In this document: positions 10,634 through 21,219 of the stretch, one piece after another
Layout of the letters: each line of letters starts with the position of its first letter
Numbering within the stretch: the first letter of the stretch is position 1
DNA from: Vulcanimicrobiota bacterium
GTDB taxonomy: Bacteria > Vulcanimicrobiota > Vulcanimicrobiia > Eremiobacterales > Eremiobacteraceae
Assembly: GCA_963805945.1 (NCBI GenBank)
Contig: CAWDVP010000008.1
Span: 13,724 to 77,723, forward strand
DNA length: 64,000 nt
Reading direction: 5' to 3'
Notes under the pieces: generated by a model
Told to the model about the DNA's origin: nothing
The model's input: the letters and a program-made list of their open reading frames with translations, nothing else
The model's database searches: none
Made by a program: the position numbers and the translations under genes

Positions 10634-11638
10634 CTACCACACGCGCCGACGGAGCGGCCCGGCGGACGCCTCAACGGGCTCGTCGAGCTGCGCGGTGATC
10701 AGATAGCTGCCTGGCCCCTGCCCGCGCACGGTGCGCCGCACGTGCGCCGTGCCGTCGGGCTGCACGTCGGCGGGCATGATCGTGACCGTCTGCGGTGATC
10801 CCCCTGAAAGCGTCACGACCTCGGGCGTCTGATCGGTCAGCGTGAGGCTGATGGGCGCGGTGAGTTTGGCAAGTCCGCCGACGGTGAGCGTCACGGTGGC
10901 TTCTTCAGCGCCATGGAGCGCGAGATTCGTCGTCGTGAGCTTCACCGTCACGCAGCGCATCCGCCTGCTGGCAGTCACGCCGCGATCGACGATCGTGAGT
11001 TGCGCCACGCCGCTCACATTGCTGGGCAGGGCGCCGACGAACTGGCGCGGACTTTCGGCGAGCACCTCCACCGGCTGACCGCCGAGCGTCGCCGACGTGC
11101 TGCCGGCATCGCCGCCGAACGGCCCGAAGATCTGGATCGGCCGCCCTGCTTGCGCGATGTGCGGGAGCAGGTAGTCGGCTGCGCGCGCTGCGCCGCTGAA
11201 CGGCGCGCCGGCCCGCGGGGATATCGGCACTGATGTCTGGCCTACGCTTTGACCTGCGGCGGAGCGGAGCACCAGATTCGCCGCCGTCACGCCCGCGGGC
11301 ACGATCCACCTGAAACTGCGATCGCTCGCCTTCACTTGCTGACCGCCGACCTCGACGACCGTGCCATGCAGCTCATCCGCGTTGCGCCGTTGCTCGTCGC
11401 TCGTCGCGCCGGCAGGGACGACGACCACCGTGCCGGTGATCGTGTCGCCGGCAGCCATATCATCTGGCAGGGTGACGGTGACCGTGCCTTGGGTCGTGCT
11501 GAAGACCGCGGCTGCAAGACCGTGGCCGGTATCCAGCGCGGGTGGAGGCGGCGTTCCAGTGACCGCGGCCGACGTCGCGCCTGCGATACCCACCAGGAGA
11601 ACGCACAAAAGGGAAGCGCTGATGAATATGCGTTTCAC
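10634..11638 (-). CDS. Hypothetical secreted beta-rich protein
   Basis: GTG start after AAGGGG; signal peptide VKRIFISASLLCVLLVGIAGA; Ig-like beta composition. Confidence 0.7.
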   Translation of the reverse strand: MKRIFISASLLCVLLVGIAGATSAAVTGTPPPPALDTGHGLAAAVFSTTQGTVTVTLPDDMAAGDTITGTVVVVPAGATSDEQRRNADELHGTVVEVGGQQVKASDRSFRWIVPAGVTAANLVLRSAAGQSVGQTSVPISPRAGAPFSGAARAADYLLPHIAQAGRPIQIFGPFGGDAGSTSATLGGQPVEVLAESPRQFVGALPSNVSGVAQLTIVDRGVTASRRMRCVTVKLTTTNLALHGAEEATVTLTVGGLAKLTAPISLTLTDQTPEVVTLSGGSPQTVTIMPADVQPDGTAHVRRTVRGQGPGSYLITAQLDEPVEASAGPLRRRVW

Positions 11639-11650
11639 GGTAGCCCCCTT

Positions 11651-11677
11651 GACGGTCGAACGAATTCGACCGCTACA
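11651..11677. repeat. REP-like palindrome, family A; supplies the TAG stop of the TPR gene
   Basis: gacggtcgaa-cgaa-ttcgaccg-CTACa. Confidence 0.8.
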
Positions 11678-12176
11678 ATTTTTGCGCCTCCGTGAGTTCT
11701 TGCGCATAGCGAGCGACGGACCTGTTGTAACGCGGCAGATATTCCGAAAGGGCGGTAAGGGCGACGGCAACGGCTTCGCGCTCGCGCCCTATATCCACAA
11801 GCGCAAGCGCCAAGAAGGCTCGAACCGCGCCATTTAACGCGTCGGTTGCGACCTCTAGCTCGGCCGTTAGCAACGCCGCCGCTTCTCGAGGCTTTCCGAG
11901 ATTCCGAAGCGAGCTGGCCATCTGGATGACTGCGCACCGACGACGCTCGCCCACCAAGCCCCCGTCAAGTGCGGCCTTGTATAGCGGTACCGCGAGATCG
12001 GGTTGACCGGTGGAATCGCGCGCTCCGGCACGCTCGAAGAACCCGATAGCGCTTCCCGGCGGCAACTCGGCGGCCAAAGCGTCGACCAGAGCCACGAACT
12101 CTTTCTCGTCGTGGTCGTCGATCGCGCTCCACAGGTCTGAGATCCGCTGCTCCCACGCTGCATCGGCGTCAGTCAC
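11673..12176 (-). CDS. Tetratricopeptide-repeat protein
   Basis: FERAGARDSTG..AVPLYKAAL..IQMASSLRNLG..FLALALVDIGREREAV..LPRYNRS, a short TPR family. Confidence 0.8.
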   Translation of the reverse strand: MTDADAAWEQRISDLWSAIDDHDEKEFVALVDALAAELPPGSAIGFFERAGARDSTGQPDLAVPLYKAALDGGLVGERRRCAVIQMASSLRNLGKPREAAALLTAELEVATDALNGAVRAFLALALVDIGREREAVAVALTALSEYLPRYNRSVARYAQELTEAQKL

Positions 12177-12190
12177 AGATCAGAGGTCCC

Positions 12191-13648
12191 CTAGATCTTC
12201 TGCAGCTCTCGCACTCGGCCGGTGAGCTCTTCATGGATGCCCGCGGGATAGCGGCCGGTGAAGCAGCCCATGCAGAACTCCTTGCGCTCGCGCGCGGTGG
12301 ACGCGACGAGGCCCTCTTCGCTCAAGTACGCGAGCGAATCGGCGTTGATGGTCGTCCGGATCTCGGGCACCGAATGGTTGGCCGCGATGAGCTCTTCGTA
12401 CGTTGCCGTGTCCACGCCCAGGAAGCACGGATGGCGCATCGGCGGACAGGTGACCCGGACGTGCACCTCCGTCGCGCCGGCCTTGCGCAGCATGGCGACG
12501 ATCTGCTTCGTGGTGGTGCCGCGCACGATCGAATCGTCGACGAGCACGACCCGCTTGCCCGCGAGATTGGCGTGCAGCGGGTTGAACTTCAGCTTGACGC
12601 CCTGCACGCGCATGCGGTGATCCGGATTGATGAAGGTGCGCCCGATGTAGCGGTTCTTCATCAAGCCTTCGATGTACGGGATGCCGGATTCGTCCGCGTA
12701 GCCGATCGCCGCCGCGGTCGCTGAGTCGGGCACGCCCATGACGACGTCGGCTTCGACCGGGCTCTCCTTGGCGACGTTGCGACCCATCTGATAGCGCGCG
12801 AGATACAATTCGCGCCCCGCGACCTGCGAGTCGGGGCGGGAGAAATAGATGTATTCGAAGATGCAGTTCGCCGGCTTCTCGTCCGTCTTGATCATGCGGC
12901 TGCGCATGCCGTCCTTGTCGATGGTGATGATCTCGCCCGGCAGGATCTCGCGGACGTACTCCGCGCCGATGGTCGCAAGCGCGCAGGATTCCGAGGCCAG
13001 CGCCCAACCCGAGCCGTACTTGCCCAGGCACAGCGGGCGGATGCCCCATGGATCGCGGAAGCCGAAGAGCTGTTTCTCGGTCGCGAGCACGATCGAGAAC
13101 GCGCCGATGCACTGGCGCATCGCCGCCTCGATGCGCTCTTCCATCGAGCCCTCGGGGGCGTTGGCGATGAGCCGCGCCATGATGTCCGAGTCCGAGTTGC
13201 TCGTGGGCACGAGCGTGTCGTGGAGCTGGTCGCGCAGCTCGTCGGTGTTCACCAGATTGCCGTTGTGCGCAAGCGCGAACTGCCCGAGGGCGCTGTCCGA
13301 CAGCAGCGGCTGCGCGTTGTAGATGACCGACGAGCCGCTGGTGGAGTAGCGCGTGTGCCCCACCGACAAGTAGCCCGGCAGTTCGGCGAGCGTCTCTTCG
13401 GTGAAGATCTGGGAGATGAGCCCCATGTCTTTATGACAGCGCATCGTGTAGCCGTCGGAGACCGCGATACCGGCGCTCTCCTGACCGCGATGCTGGAGCG
13501 AGTAGAGCGCGAAGAACGTGGACCGGGCGACGTCTTCGCCGGGTGCGAAGATGCCGCACACGCCGCACGCGTCGCGGATCGCGTCGTCGCCGCTCTTGGC
13601 CTGCCAGCCGTGGTAGGTCGGGGTGGGAGGCGCGTCGCTCATCGTCAC
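12191..13648 (-). CDS. purF: Amidophosphoribosyltransferase
   Basis: Propeptide then CGVCG, LQHRGQESAGI, GHTRYSTSG, AHNGNL, VVLVDDSIVRGTT, CMGCFTGRYP. Confidence 0.97.
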   Translation of the reverse strand: MTMSDAPPTPTYHGWQAKSGDDAIRDACGVCGIFAPGEDVARSTFFALYSLQHRGQESAGIAVSDGYTMRCHKDMGLISQIFTEETLAELPGYLSVGHTRYSTSGSSVIYNAQPLLSDSALGQFALAHNGNLVNTDELRDQLHDTLVPTSNSDSDIMARLIANAPEGSMEERIEAAMRQCIGAFSIVLATEKQLFGFRDPWGIRPLCLGKYGSGWALASESCALATIGAEYVREILPGEIITIDKDGMRSRMIKTDEKPANCIFEYIYFSRPDSQVAGRELYLARYQMGRNVAKESPVEADVVMGVPDSATAAAIGYADESGIPYIEGLMKNRYIGRTFINPDHRMRVQGVKLKFNPLHANLAGKRVVLVDDSIVRGTTTKQIVAMLRKAGATEVHVRVTCPPMRHPCFLGVDTATYEELIAANHSVPEIRTTINADSLAYLSEEGLVASTARERKEFCMGCFTGRYPAGIHEELTGRVRELQKI

Positions 13649-13680
13649 GGCTTCATTTTACCATAGCTGTGCCGTTGGTC

Positions 13681-14973
13681 CTATGCCCCGCGCTCGTCCC
13701 GGACCCGGTCTGCGATGTCGCCTCGATAGCGCAGCCGCGAGCCCTCCGGCACGCGTGCGACATAGGCGGCACAGGCGGCGTATGCGCGGCCCCGCGCCTC
13801 TCCTATCGTGTCGCCGACCGCGGTGATGGTCAAGACCCGGCCGCCGCTTGCTCGCACCGTCTGGCCGTCGAGCGCCGACCCGCCCCAAAAGGCCGCCACG
13901 TGGGGCTCCGCGGAGGGCAGCGGCAGCCGGTCCATCGGGTCCGAGTGTTCCGGATAGCGCTCGGAGGTCAGCACGACGCCGACGCAGGCCGACTTCGAGA
14001 ATGTGGGCGCGGGCGCTTTGCCGTCCGCCAGTGCGATCGAATGGAGCAGCTCGAAGAGGTCGGATTCGAGCCGCGGCAGGACGACCTGGGTCTCCGGATC
14101 GCCGAAGCGGGCGTTGAACTCGAGCACGAATGGCCCGCGCTTGGTGATCATCAGGCCTGCGTACAGACAACCCCGGTAGTCGATGCCGTCGGCCGCCAGG
14201 CCGGCGCGCACCGGCTCGATGATGTGCTTGGCGACGCGATTCATGAGGTCGCCGCCGGCGACGTCCGGCGCGGGCGAGTACGCCCCCATGCCGCCGGTGT
14301 TGGCGCCCTCGTCGCCGTCGCGGGCGCGCTTGTAATCGCACGCCGGCGCGAGGACGTACGCGCGCGCGCCGTCGCACACCGCCATGACGGAGACCTCTTT
14401 GCCTTCGAGGCGCTCCTCGAGGACGAGCGTGGTGCCGCCGCCTGGCAGCGAGCGTTCGCCATACCAGCGCTCGATGGTCGGTTTGGCTTCTTCCGCTGAA
14501 TCAAAGACGACGACGCCCTTGCCGGCGGCAAGGCCGTCGGCTTTGACGACGATGCCGCCTTGCCAGTTGCGCAGGAAGCGTTCGGCCTGTTTGCGGTCGT
14601 GCGCGACCTTGAACGCAGCGGTGGGGATGCCCCAGCGCAGCATGCACTGCTTGGCGAACGCCTTGCTCGACTCGAGCCGCGCGCCGCTGCGCCCCGGCCC
14701 GAACGTCGCGATCCCCGCTTGGCGCAGCGTGTCGGCGACGCCCGCCGCCAATGCCGCTTCCGGCCCGATCACCGCGAGGTCGACCGCTTCTTCTACGGCA
14801 CGGTTGGTGATGGCGTGCGTGTCCGTAGCGGAGATGTCGGACCAATTCGTGCCGAGCAGCGCCGTGCCCGCATTGCCCGGCGCGGCGACGATCGCTTCGA
14901 CCTGCGGCGACTGCGCCAATTTCCATGCGAGCGCGTGTTCACGCGCTCCTGATCCGACGACGAGTACCTTCAC
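13681..14973 (-). CDS. purD: Phosphoribosylamine-glycine ligase
   Basis: KVLVVGSGAREHALAW, VVKADGLAAGKGV, NTGGMGAYSP, EFNARFGDPE. Confidence 0.97.
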   Translation of the reverse strand: MKVLVVGSGAREHALAWKLAQSPQVEAIVAAPGNAGTALLGTNWSDISATDTHAITNRAVEEAVDLAVIGPEAALAAGVADTLRQAGIATFGPGRSGARLESSKAFAKQCMLRWGIPTAAFKVAHDRKQAERFLRNWQGGIVVKADGLAAGKGVVVFDSAEEAKPTIERWYGERSLPGGGTTLVLEERLEGKEVSVMAVCDGARAYVLAPACDYKRARDGDEGANTGGMGAYSPAPDVAGGDLMNRVAKHIIEPVRAGLAADGIDYRGCLYAGLMITKRGPFVLEFNARFGDPETQVVLPRLESDLFELLHSIALADGKAPAPTFSKSACVGVVLTSERYPEHSDPMDRLPLPSAEPHVAAFWGGSALDGQTVRASGGRVLTITAVGDTIGEARGRAYAACAAYVARVPEGSRLRYRGDIADRVRDERGA

Positions 14974-15011
14974 GACGAGGCGTTTATGGCTGCGGCGCGA
15001 ACTGACCTCTC

Positions 15012-15587
15012 GTGAGCCTCGAGCTTTGGAGCACCATCGCTTCCGTTGGCACGTTCGTCGTGATCACCGCGACGGCGATCGCCGCCGTCATCCAACTTAT
15101 CCACATCCGGAGCGGCAACCAGATCGCGATCCTCAATGACTTTCGCATCGCGACGGAAGATCCAGAATTCCGCGCAGCGATGGAGTTCATCTACACGCTG
15201 CCGTCCAAGGTCGGCGATCGCGAGTTCCGCGCCTTGCTCGAACGCGACACGTTGCCGGTGGAGTTCTACCCGATTCATCGAGTGGGGCGTCTCTACGAGC
15301 TGTTCGGATTCTACGTCAATCGCGGCATACTTGATGCCGACATGGTCTGCGACCTGTGGGCACCCGTCATCCAAGGGGTGTGGGACAACATGGCGGACAC
15401 CATCGTCGTGATGCGGCGTTCGCGCGGGCCCGAACTCTTGGAGAACTTCGAATACCTCGCCCTCTTGAGCGCGCGCTATCTCAAACGCAACCAGAGCGTC
15501 TACCCGAAGAACTTGCCCCGCATCGCGCACGCCGATAAATGGGCGGCGCAGGATGCGGCCACGCCGTCTACTCCCACTCGATCGTAG
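15012..15587 (+). CDS. Hypothetical membrane-anchored protein (DUF4760-like), paralog of 57705-58271
   Basis: N-terminal TM ([20 protein letters not shown]), RSGNQI, C-terminal LENFEYLA; shared with the 57705 ORF. Confidence 0.75.
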   Translation: MSLELWSTIASVGTFVVITATAIAAVIQLIHIRSGNQIAILNDFRIATEDPEFRAAMEFIYTLPSKVGDREFRALLERDTLPVEFYPIHRVGRLYELFGFYVNRGILDADMVCDLWAPVIQGVWDNMADTIVVMRRSRGPELLENFEYLALLSARYLKRNQSVYPKNLPRIAHADKWAAQDAATPSTPTRS

Positions 15588-17106
15588 CGGGCGGCTTGCT
15601 CGTGATGTCGTAGGCGATCCGATTGACGCCCGACACCTCGTTGACGATGCGCGTCGCGATGCGCTGCAGCGTCTCCGGCGACAGCCGCGCCCAGTCCGCC
15701 GTCATGCCGTCGTCGCTCGTCACCGCCCTGATGGCGACCATATTGGAATACGTCCGGCCGTCGCCCATGACGCCGACGCTTTGCAGCGGCGTCAGCACCG
15801 CGAAGTACTGCCATGGGATCTCTTCTTCTTTTTCGATCTCCTCGCGCGCGATCGCATCGGCGCGGCGCAGGACGTCGAGGCGTTCGCGCGTGACCGCGCC
15901 GAGGATGCGCACGGCGAGCCCGGGTCCCGGGAAGGGTTGACGATTCACGATATGTTCGGGCAGCCCGAGCTCCCGCCCGAGCGACCGCACTTCATCTTTG
16001 AACAGCAGGCGCAGCGGCTCGATGAGCTTGAGGTGCATGCGCTCCGGCAGACCGCCGACGTTGTGATGCGTCTTGATCTTGTGCCCGGCCTTGCTGTCGG
16101 ACGTCTTGCTCTCGATGACGTCGGGGTAGAGCGTGCCCTGCACGAGGAAATCGACGCCGGCGAGCTTGGCCGCCTGCCCTTCGAAGACCGCGATGAACTC
16201 GCGGCCGATGATCTTGCGCTTCTCCTCCGGGTCCGAAACGCCCGCCAGCGCGGTGAGGAACTGGTCGGTGGCGTCGATATGGATGAGATTGAGGTGCAGC
16301 TGATCGCGGAACGCCTCGACGACCTGTTTGGCCTCGTCCTGGCGCAACAGGCCGTGGTCGACGAAGATGCAGGTGAGCCGATTGCCGATGGCGCGCGCCA
16401 CGAGCGTCGCGGCGACCGCGCTGTCGACGCCGCCGGAGAGGCCGCAGACCGCATTGGACTCGCCGACCTGCGCGCGGATCTGCTCGACGCTGCGCTCGAT
16501 GAAGGACGACATCTCCCAGCGCTGCGACAGTCCGGCGACCGAGCGTAGGAAGTTACGGATGACGCGGCGCCCGGCATCGGTGTGCTTCACCTCCGGGTGG
16601 AACTGCACGCCGTACCAGTTCTTGCCCGGATCGCCGACCGCGGCTTGCGCGCAGGCGCCGGTGTGGGCGAGCGTCATGAAGCCCTCGGGCAGCGCGGTGA
16701 CCGTGTCGCCATGGCTCATCCACGCCTGCGAGTGGGTCGGCACTTCTTCGAACAGCGGCGAGTGGACCGCGTCGACCACCAGCTCCGTCCTGCCGAACTC
16801 GCGGATCTCGCCGGGCACGACCGTGCCGCCGAGCGCGCGCATCATGTCCTGCATACCGTAGCAGATGCCGAGAATGGGCTTGTCAGATTTCAGCAGCTCT
16901 TCGGGCACGTGCGGCGCGCCGGGCGCGACCGCGCTCTCGGGCCCGCCCGTGAGGATGAACGCTGCCGGCTCGCGCGCCTCGATCTCCGACCAGGGCGCAT
17001 CATAGGGCATCACCTCAGAATACACGCCCTCTTCGCGCACGCGCCGCGCGATGAGCTGCGCGTACTGCGCCCCAAAATCGAGGATGACGACCGTTTCCTG
17101 CCCCAT
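15568..17106 (-). CDS. guaA: GMP synthase (glutamine-hydrolysing)
   Basis: [63 protein letters not shown]. Confidence 0.98.
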   Translation of the reverse strand: MGQETVVILDFGAQYAQLIARRVREEGVYSEVMPYDAPWSEIEAREPAAFILTGGPESAVAPGAPHVPEELLKSDKPILGICYGMQDMMRALGGTVVPGEIREFGRTELVVDAVHSPLFEEVPTHSQAWMSHGDTVTALPEGFMTLAHTGACAQAAVGDPGKNWYGVQFHPEVKHTDAGRRVIRNFLRSVAGLSQRWEMSSFIERSVEQIRAQVGESNAVCGLSGGVDSAVAATLVARAIGNRLTCIFVDHGLLRQDEAKQVVEAFRDQLHLNLIHIDATDQFLTALAGVSDPEEKRKIIGREFIAVFEGQAAKLAGVDFLVQGTLYPDVIESKTSDSKAGHKIKTHHNVGGLPERMHLKLIEPLRLLFKDEVRSLGRELGLPEHIVNRQPFPGPGLAVRILGAVTRERLDVLRRADAIAREEIEKEEEIPWQYFAVLTPLQSVGVMGDGRTYSNMVAIRAVTSDDGMTADWARLSPETLQRIATRIVNEVSGVNRIAYDITSKPPATIEWE

Positions 17107-18238
17107 CAGGTGCAGACGCTTCCAAGCGTGCCGGCGTCGCGCGCCATGACGACTTCCTTCGCGATGCGTTCACCGACAGAGATCTCGCGACCCCAACGGT
17201 AGGCGGAATATGGTGTGTACTTCGTGCCGGGCGAACCCGGGATGCGCAGGCTGACGTCGTACACCACGAACGACTTCGGCGGCCCCGCTGCGATGACGCA
17301 CTGCAGCGCGAACGGCCCGATGATGCCCGGCGGCCGCGCGGCGCGCGCCGCCGCGACGAAACGCTCGCCCATGTCGAAGGCCTGCTCGAGCATGGATTCG
17401 GTGAGCGTCGCCGCGATGTGGCCCGCCTCTTCCATCGAGGGCATGAACGCGCCGCCGAGCGACGCCTGCTCGATCGCCAGCAGATTCCTGGCCCCGTCGA
17501 CGTCGGTCTGACGCCGCGTGTCCGTGCCGAGCAGCTCGAGCTCGCCGGACAGCGGCGAATAGAAGAAATTCAGATTGATGCTCGGGCCGAGCACGTACTC
17601 CTCGAGCACCGCGCCCGCGAGGCCTTGCTCGCTGATCACACCCGCGGCGAGGAGCGTCTGGGAACGGCGTTTGTACTGCTCCGGCGAAGCGGCGACGAAG
17701 AAGGCGCGCTCGAATGTCACCTTGGCGTGCGGCGCCTTGATCAGCGTCAGGCCCGCGATCTCGTCGGGCGAGCGGAGCCGCCGCGGAAAACGGATGCCGG
17801 CCGCTTCAAGCAGCTTGTACTGGTTGTCGGGCTCGTCGCGCTCCTCCGCGCGCAGCAGGCGGCGCGAGCCGAAGAACGGCACGCGCATGCCGCGTTCGAT
17901 CTCGTCGTAGCTGTGGCGCTGGCGTGCGTACACCTCGAATGATCGGTTCGGCACGAAGATCGCGTTGCGCTCGAGCAGCTCTTTCTGGACGTCGGCGCCA
18001 GGATGTCGGCGAAGTGCTCCACCAGCAGCGTCTCGTCGACGCAGCCGGTGCCATCGGGTCGCGCGGCGTAATGTTTGGTATAGGTGCGCTCGCGGCCGCG
18101 CATGCCGACGACGAGATTGCGCAGGCCCTCGCGCTTCGCGCCGAGGCAGACGTCGAGCGCGGAATGGCTGCCGATGCAGCAGAGGGTGAGCGAGGCGAGG
18201 TCGTAACCGGCGAGGACGTCCGCGACGCCCTCACTCAA
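17106..18238 (-). CDS. purP: PurP-like ATP-grasp protein (paralog 2); apparent frameshift near 17995
   Basis: [17 protein letters not shown] | [60 protein letters not shown]. Confidence 0.85.
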
Positions 18239-19356
18239 TTCGCCGGGACTCCCGGTCCTAGGATGCGCGCCGGCTTCGCGGCCAGCTTGCCGTTGCCGTC
18301 GTCGAAGGTGAGCAGGCTGCCCTGATCGAGCACGAGCGACAGGCTGTTGGTGAGCAGCGCGTTCTTGATCTCGCGCGCGATGCGGCGTCCGGTGGACATC
18401 GGCTCGGTGTAGTTGAGGTACGAATACGGCGAACCGTCGATGAAGAGATTCGTGCCGGCCACGATGCGCGCGGAGATCTCCATGAGGTAGAACTCCGCCT
18501 CCGGGGTCACGATCGTCTCGAGGCAGAACGCGCCGAACAGCCCGCGGTCCGGGCACAGCTCGCGGCTCACGCGCACGACCGCCTCGCCCATGTGGAAGGC
18601 CTCGGCGAGCAGCGACTCGCGCAAGCTGATGGGCTGGTTGCCGATGACGACGTAGCTGGGCTGGATATCCCAGCCCTCCTGGCTCGCCGACGGGATGCGT
18701 CCGAGCGAGTCGACGTTGCTCTCGTAGCGCCGGTCCATGGACATGATCTCGAGCTTGCCGGTGAGCGGCGAATAGAAATAGTGGATGTACACTGGCACGC
18801 CGATGATGTATTCCTGCATGATGTACTTCTGCTCGACGAGATGCGCGGCGCGCGCGTGGAAATCGTCCGCGTTCTTGACGAAGAGATAGCCCTTGCCGCC
18901 ATGGGCGCCGTAGAGCTTCACGATGACCGGCCGGTCGATCTCGCTCGCCTTGGTGAACTGGCGCGGCATCTTCAGGCCTGCCGTGAGCAGCCAGTCGCGC
19001 TGGCGCATTCGATCGGCTTCGAGATCCAGCACGGCCTTGTTGCCGAAGTACGGCGTCGTCATCGCCTTGTGCTGTTCGAGCGAGAGATAGGCGACGAACG
19101 AGCCGTGCGGCACGAGCACGACTTTGCGCTGGTTGAGCTGATCTTCGACCTTGGGGAAATCGCTGTAACGCGCGATGACCATGACTTCATCGACGAAGCT
19201 GAAGCTCGAGTACAGGCTCTCGTTCTGCGGCGTGGTGACGGCGAGGGTGTGGAAGCCTTCGTCCTTGGCGCCCTTGAGGATCTGCAGCGCGGAGTGGCTG
19301 CCGAGCGTGGCGATGGTGTACAGCGCGGGGAGCTGGGAGGACGATTTGCGTGCCAT
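18235..19356 (-). CDS. purP: Formate-dependent FAICAR synthetase PurP (paralog 1)
   Basis: IATLGSHSALQILKGAKDEGF, VPHGSFVAY, HYFYSPL, DRRYESNVD, LRESLL, EISARIVAGTN, MSTGRRIAREIK. Confidence 0.92.
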   Translation of the reverse strand: MARKSSSQLPALYTIATLGSHSALQILKGAKDEGFHTLAVTTPQNESLYSSFSFVDEVMVIARYSDFPKVEDQLNQRKVVLVPHGSFVAYLSLEQHKAMTTPYFGNKAVLDLEADRMRQRDWLLTAGLKMPRQFTKASEIDRPVIVKLYGAHGGKGYLFVKNADDFHARAAHLVEQKYIMQEYIIGVPVYIHYFYSPLTGKLEIMSMDRRYESNVDSLGRIPSASQEGWDIQPSYVVIGNQPISLRESLLAEAFHMGEAVVRVSRELCPDRGLFGAFCLETIVTPEAEFYLMEISARIVAGTNLFIDGSPYSYLNYTEPMSTGRRIAREIKNALLTNSLSLVLDQGSLLTFDDGNGKLAAKPARILGPGVPAN

Positions 19357-19396
19357 TATTGCGTGTTCTCCTTCGCTCCGGCGGCCCGAATTCCCC

Positions 19397-19900
19397 TCAC
19401 GCCTCCACTGCGACGCGCGCCGGCATCTCCCGGACCGCGAACGTCTGCGAGTGCGGGTTGGCGAGCAGTTCACGACACGCCCATTCGAGGCGCTCGCGCG
19501 GCGCCGGTCCGCCGCTCTCGTACAGCCGCCACGCGACGGCGCGCGACAGCGAGCGCAGCTGCGCCATGCCGAACGGCCCCTGCAGCAGCGAGAGCAGGCC
19601 CGTCGTGTCGTCGTCGCGATCCTCCACGACCGCTTCGAACCCGGTATCGTCATCCGATCGCCGCGCCGCTCCGGTCGTCGAGAGCGAAAGCCGGTGCTTG
19701 TTCGGGTTGAACAGCACTTCGGCGTGCGCGATGCCGCGGGCAAGCGCTTCTGGACTGTCCTCCTCGGCGTTCAAGCGCAGGATCTCCGAGCGCTCCACCC
19801 GCGCGAGCGCATCGTAGCCAAGCTGCCGCAGCGCGACGAGCACCGTGTACGCGGTGTTGTCCGGCATGCGCAGGTCGATCGCGACTTCGACGTCGCTCAT
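19397..19900 (-). CDS. purS: PurS-like FGAM synthase subunit, double length (167 aa)
   Basis: Two PurS-like halves ending in LFNPNKH and LLANPHSQ; located in the purL/purQ cluster. Confidence 0.6.
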   Translation of the reverse strand: MSDVEVAIDLRMPDNTAYTVLVALRQLGYDALARVERSEILRLNAEEDSPEALARGIAHAEVLFNPNKHRLSLSTTGAARRSDDDTGFEAVVEDRDDDTTGLLSLLQGPFGMAQLRSLSRAVAWRLYESGGPAPRERLEWACRELLANPHSQTFAVREMPARVAVEA

Positions 19901-20470
19901 GCCGGTGTCGGCCTCGGCGGCGGGCCGGCGCGGCGCACCAGGGTCACGATGAGCACCACCATGCCGGCGCCGAGGCAGGCGAACGAGACGGCGAGCCATT
20001 TCAGCAACGCGGCCGCGAGGTCCGGCGCGACCGGCGGCGCGATCGCCAGCGCGATGCGCGCTCCCTTGCCGCCGGGATAGCCGCACGTCATGACGTACGT
20101 GCCGACCTGCGGCGCGAGGAACTGCTCGATCGCCTTGCCGGACCTTCCGCCGAAATCGTATTCCGCGTCGAGCGCCGGGGGTTCGAGCGCGAGCGCGCTG
20201 CCGCTCTGCTTCGACGTCACCGCGCACTTGATGTCGGTGGTCGCCGCGGTCGCGAAGGGCTCGCCGTCGACGGTGCTCTTGCGCTCGTAGTACACCACGT
20301 ACTGCCCCGGCGTGCGGACGTGAAGATCCGATCGTGCCGGGCGCGATAAAGCGCACGAAGTCCGATTGCAAGGCCGACGCGTCGCGCAGCGCGCCGTTGA
20401 CGCTCGCGACCAGACCGCCGATGATGATGAGCGCGCCGAGCGCGTACCAGAGGCCGCTCGGCTTACGCAT
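19897..20470 (-). CDS. Hypothetical membrane protein with N- and C-terminal TM helices; apparent frameshift near 20330
   Basis: MRKPSGLWYALGALIIIGGLVA...RFIAPGT | ..PGQYVVYYE..GTYVMTC..LAVSFACLGAGMVVLIVTLVRR. Confidence 0.65.
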
Positions 20471-21219
20471 GCGGGCGCTCCGCCCGCTCGCGCAAGAAAC
20501 GCGCCATGCAGCTGAAGATCGCGTGCCCGGCGACCATCTGGTTCGGGTCGCCCCCGCGCAGCTCGGGCCGCCGGAACAAGACGTTGAGCGCCCATGCGGC
20601 CCGCTCCGGATGCGGCATGAGCGCCAAGACGTTGCCCCGCTCGTTGCAGATGCCTGCGGCGCGGCGCATCGCCCCGTTGGGCGCGGCACCCGCGTAGCGA
20701 AGGACGATGCGCCCGTGCTCTTCGAGATCGTCGAAGGTCGGTCGCCTCGCCGGTGAAGCGGCCTTCGCCGTGCGCCAGCGCCATGGTCATCGCCGTGCCG
20801 GGCGCGAGACCCGCGGTGAACGCGCAACGCTCCGGCTCCCGATCGGTCACGACCTCGACGAGCTGCGCTTGGAAGTGGTGCGAGGGCAGGTTGTGCGCGA
20901 TCGCCACGCGTCCGAGCATGCCGCTCTCCGCGACGATCTGCGCGCCGTTGCACAGCCCGAGCACGAGCTTGCCGCGCTCCGCTTCTTCCTTTATCACCGC
21001 GACGATCTCGCTCTTGGCCGCGATGGCGCCGGCGCGCACGCGATCCTCGTGCGCGAACCCGCCGGCGATCACGTAGCCGTCGAAGTCGCGCAAGGCGTTT
21101 GGATTCTCCGCCCACCAGAACAGGCGCGCGTCGATGCCGGCGTCGCGGCACGCATCGACCGTCTCGGTCTCGGAGTTCGTGCCGGGGAAGACGATGACGG
21201 CGACGCCTGGCTCAGGCAT
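20463..21219 (-). CDS. purQ: FGAM synthase glutaminase subunit; apparent frameshifts near 20690-20740
   Basis: VIVFPGTNSE, GGFAHEDRVRAG, LGLCNGAQI, AHGEGRF | GNVLALMPHPER. Confidence 0.93.
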
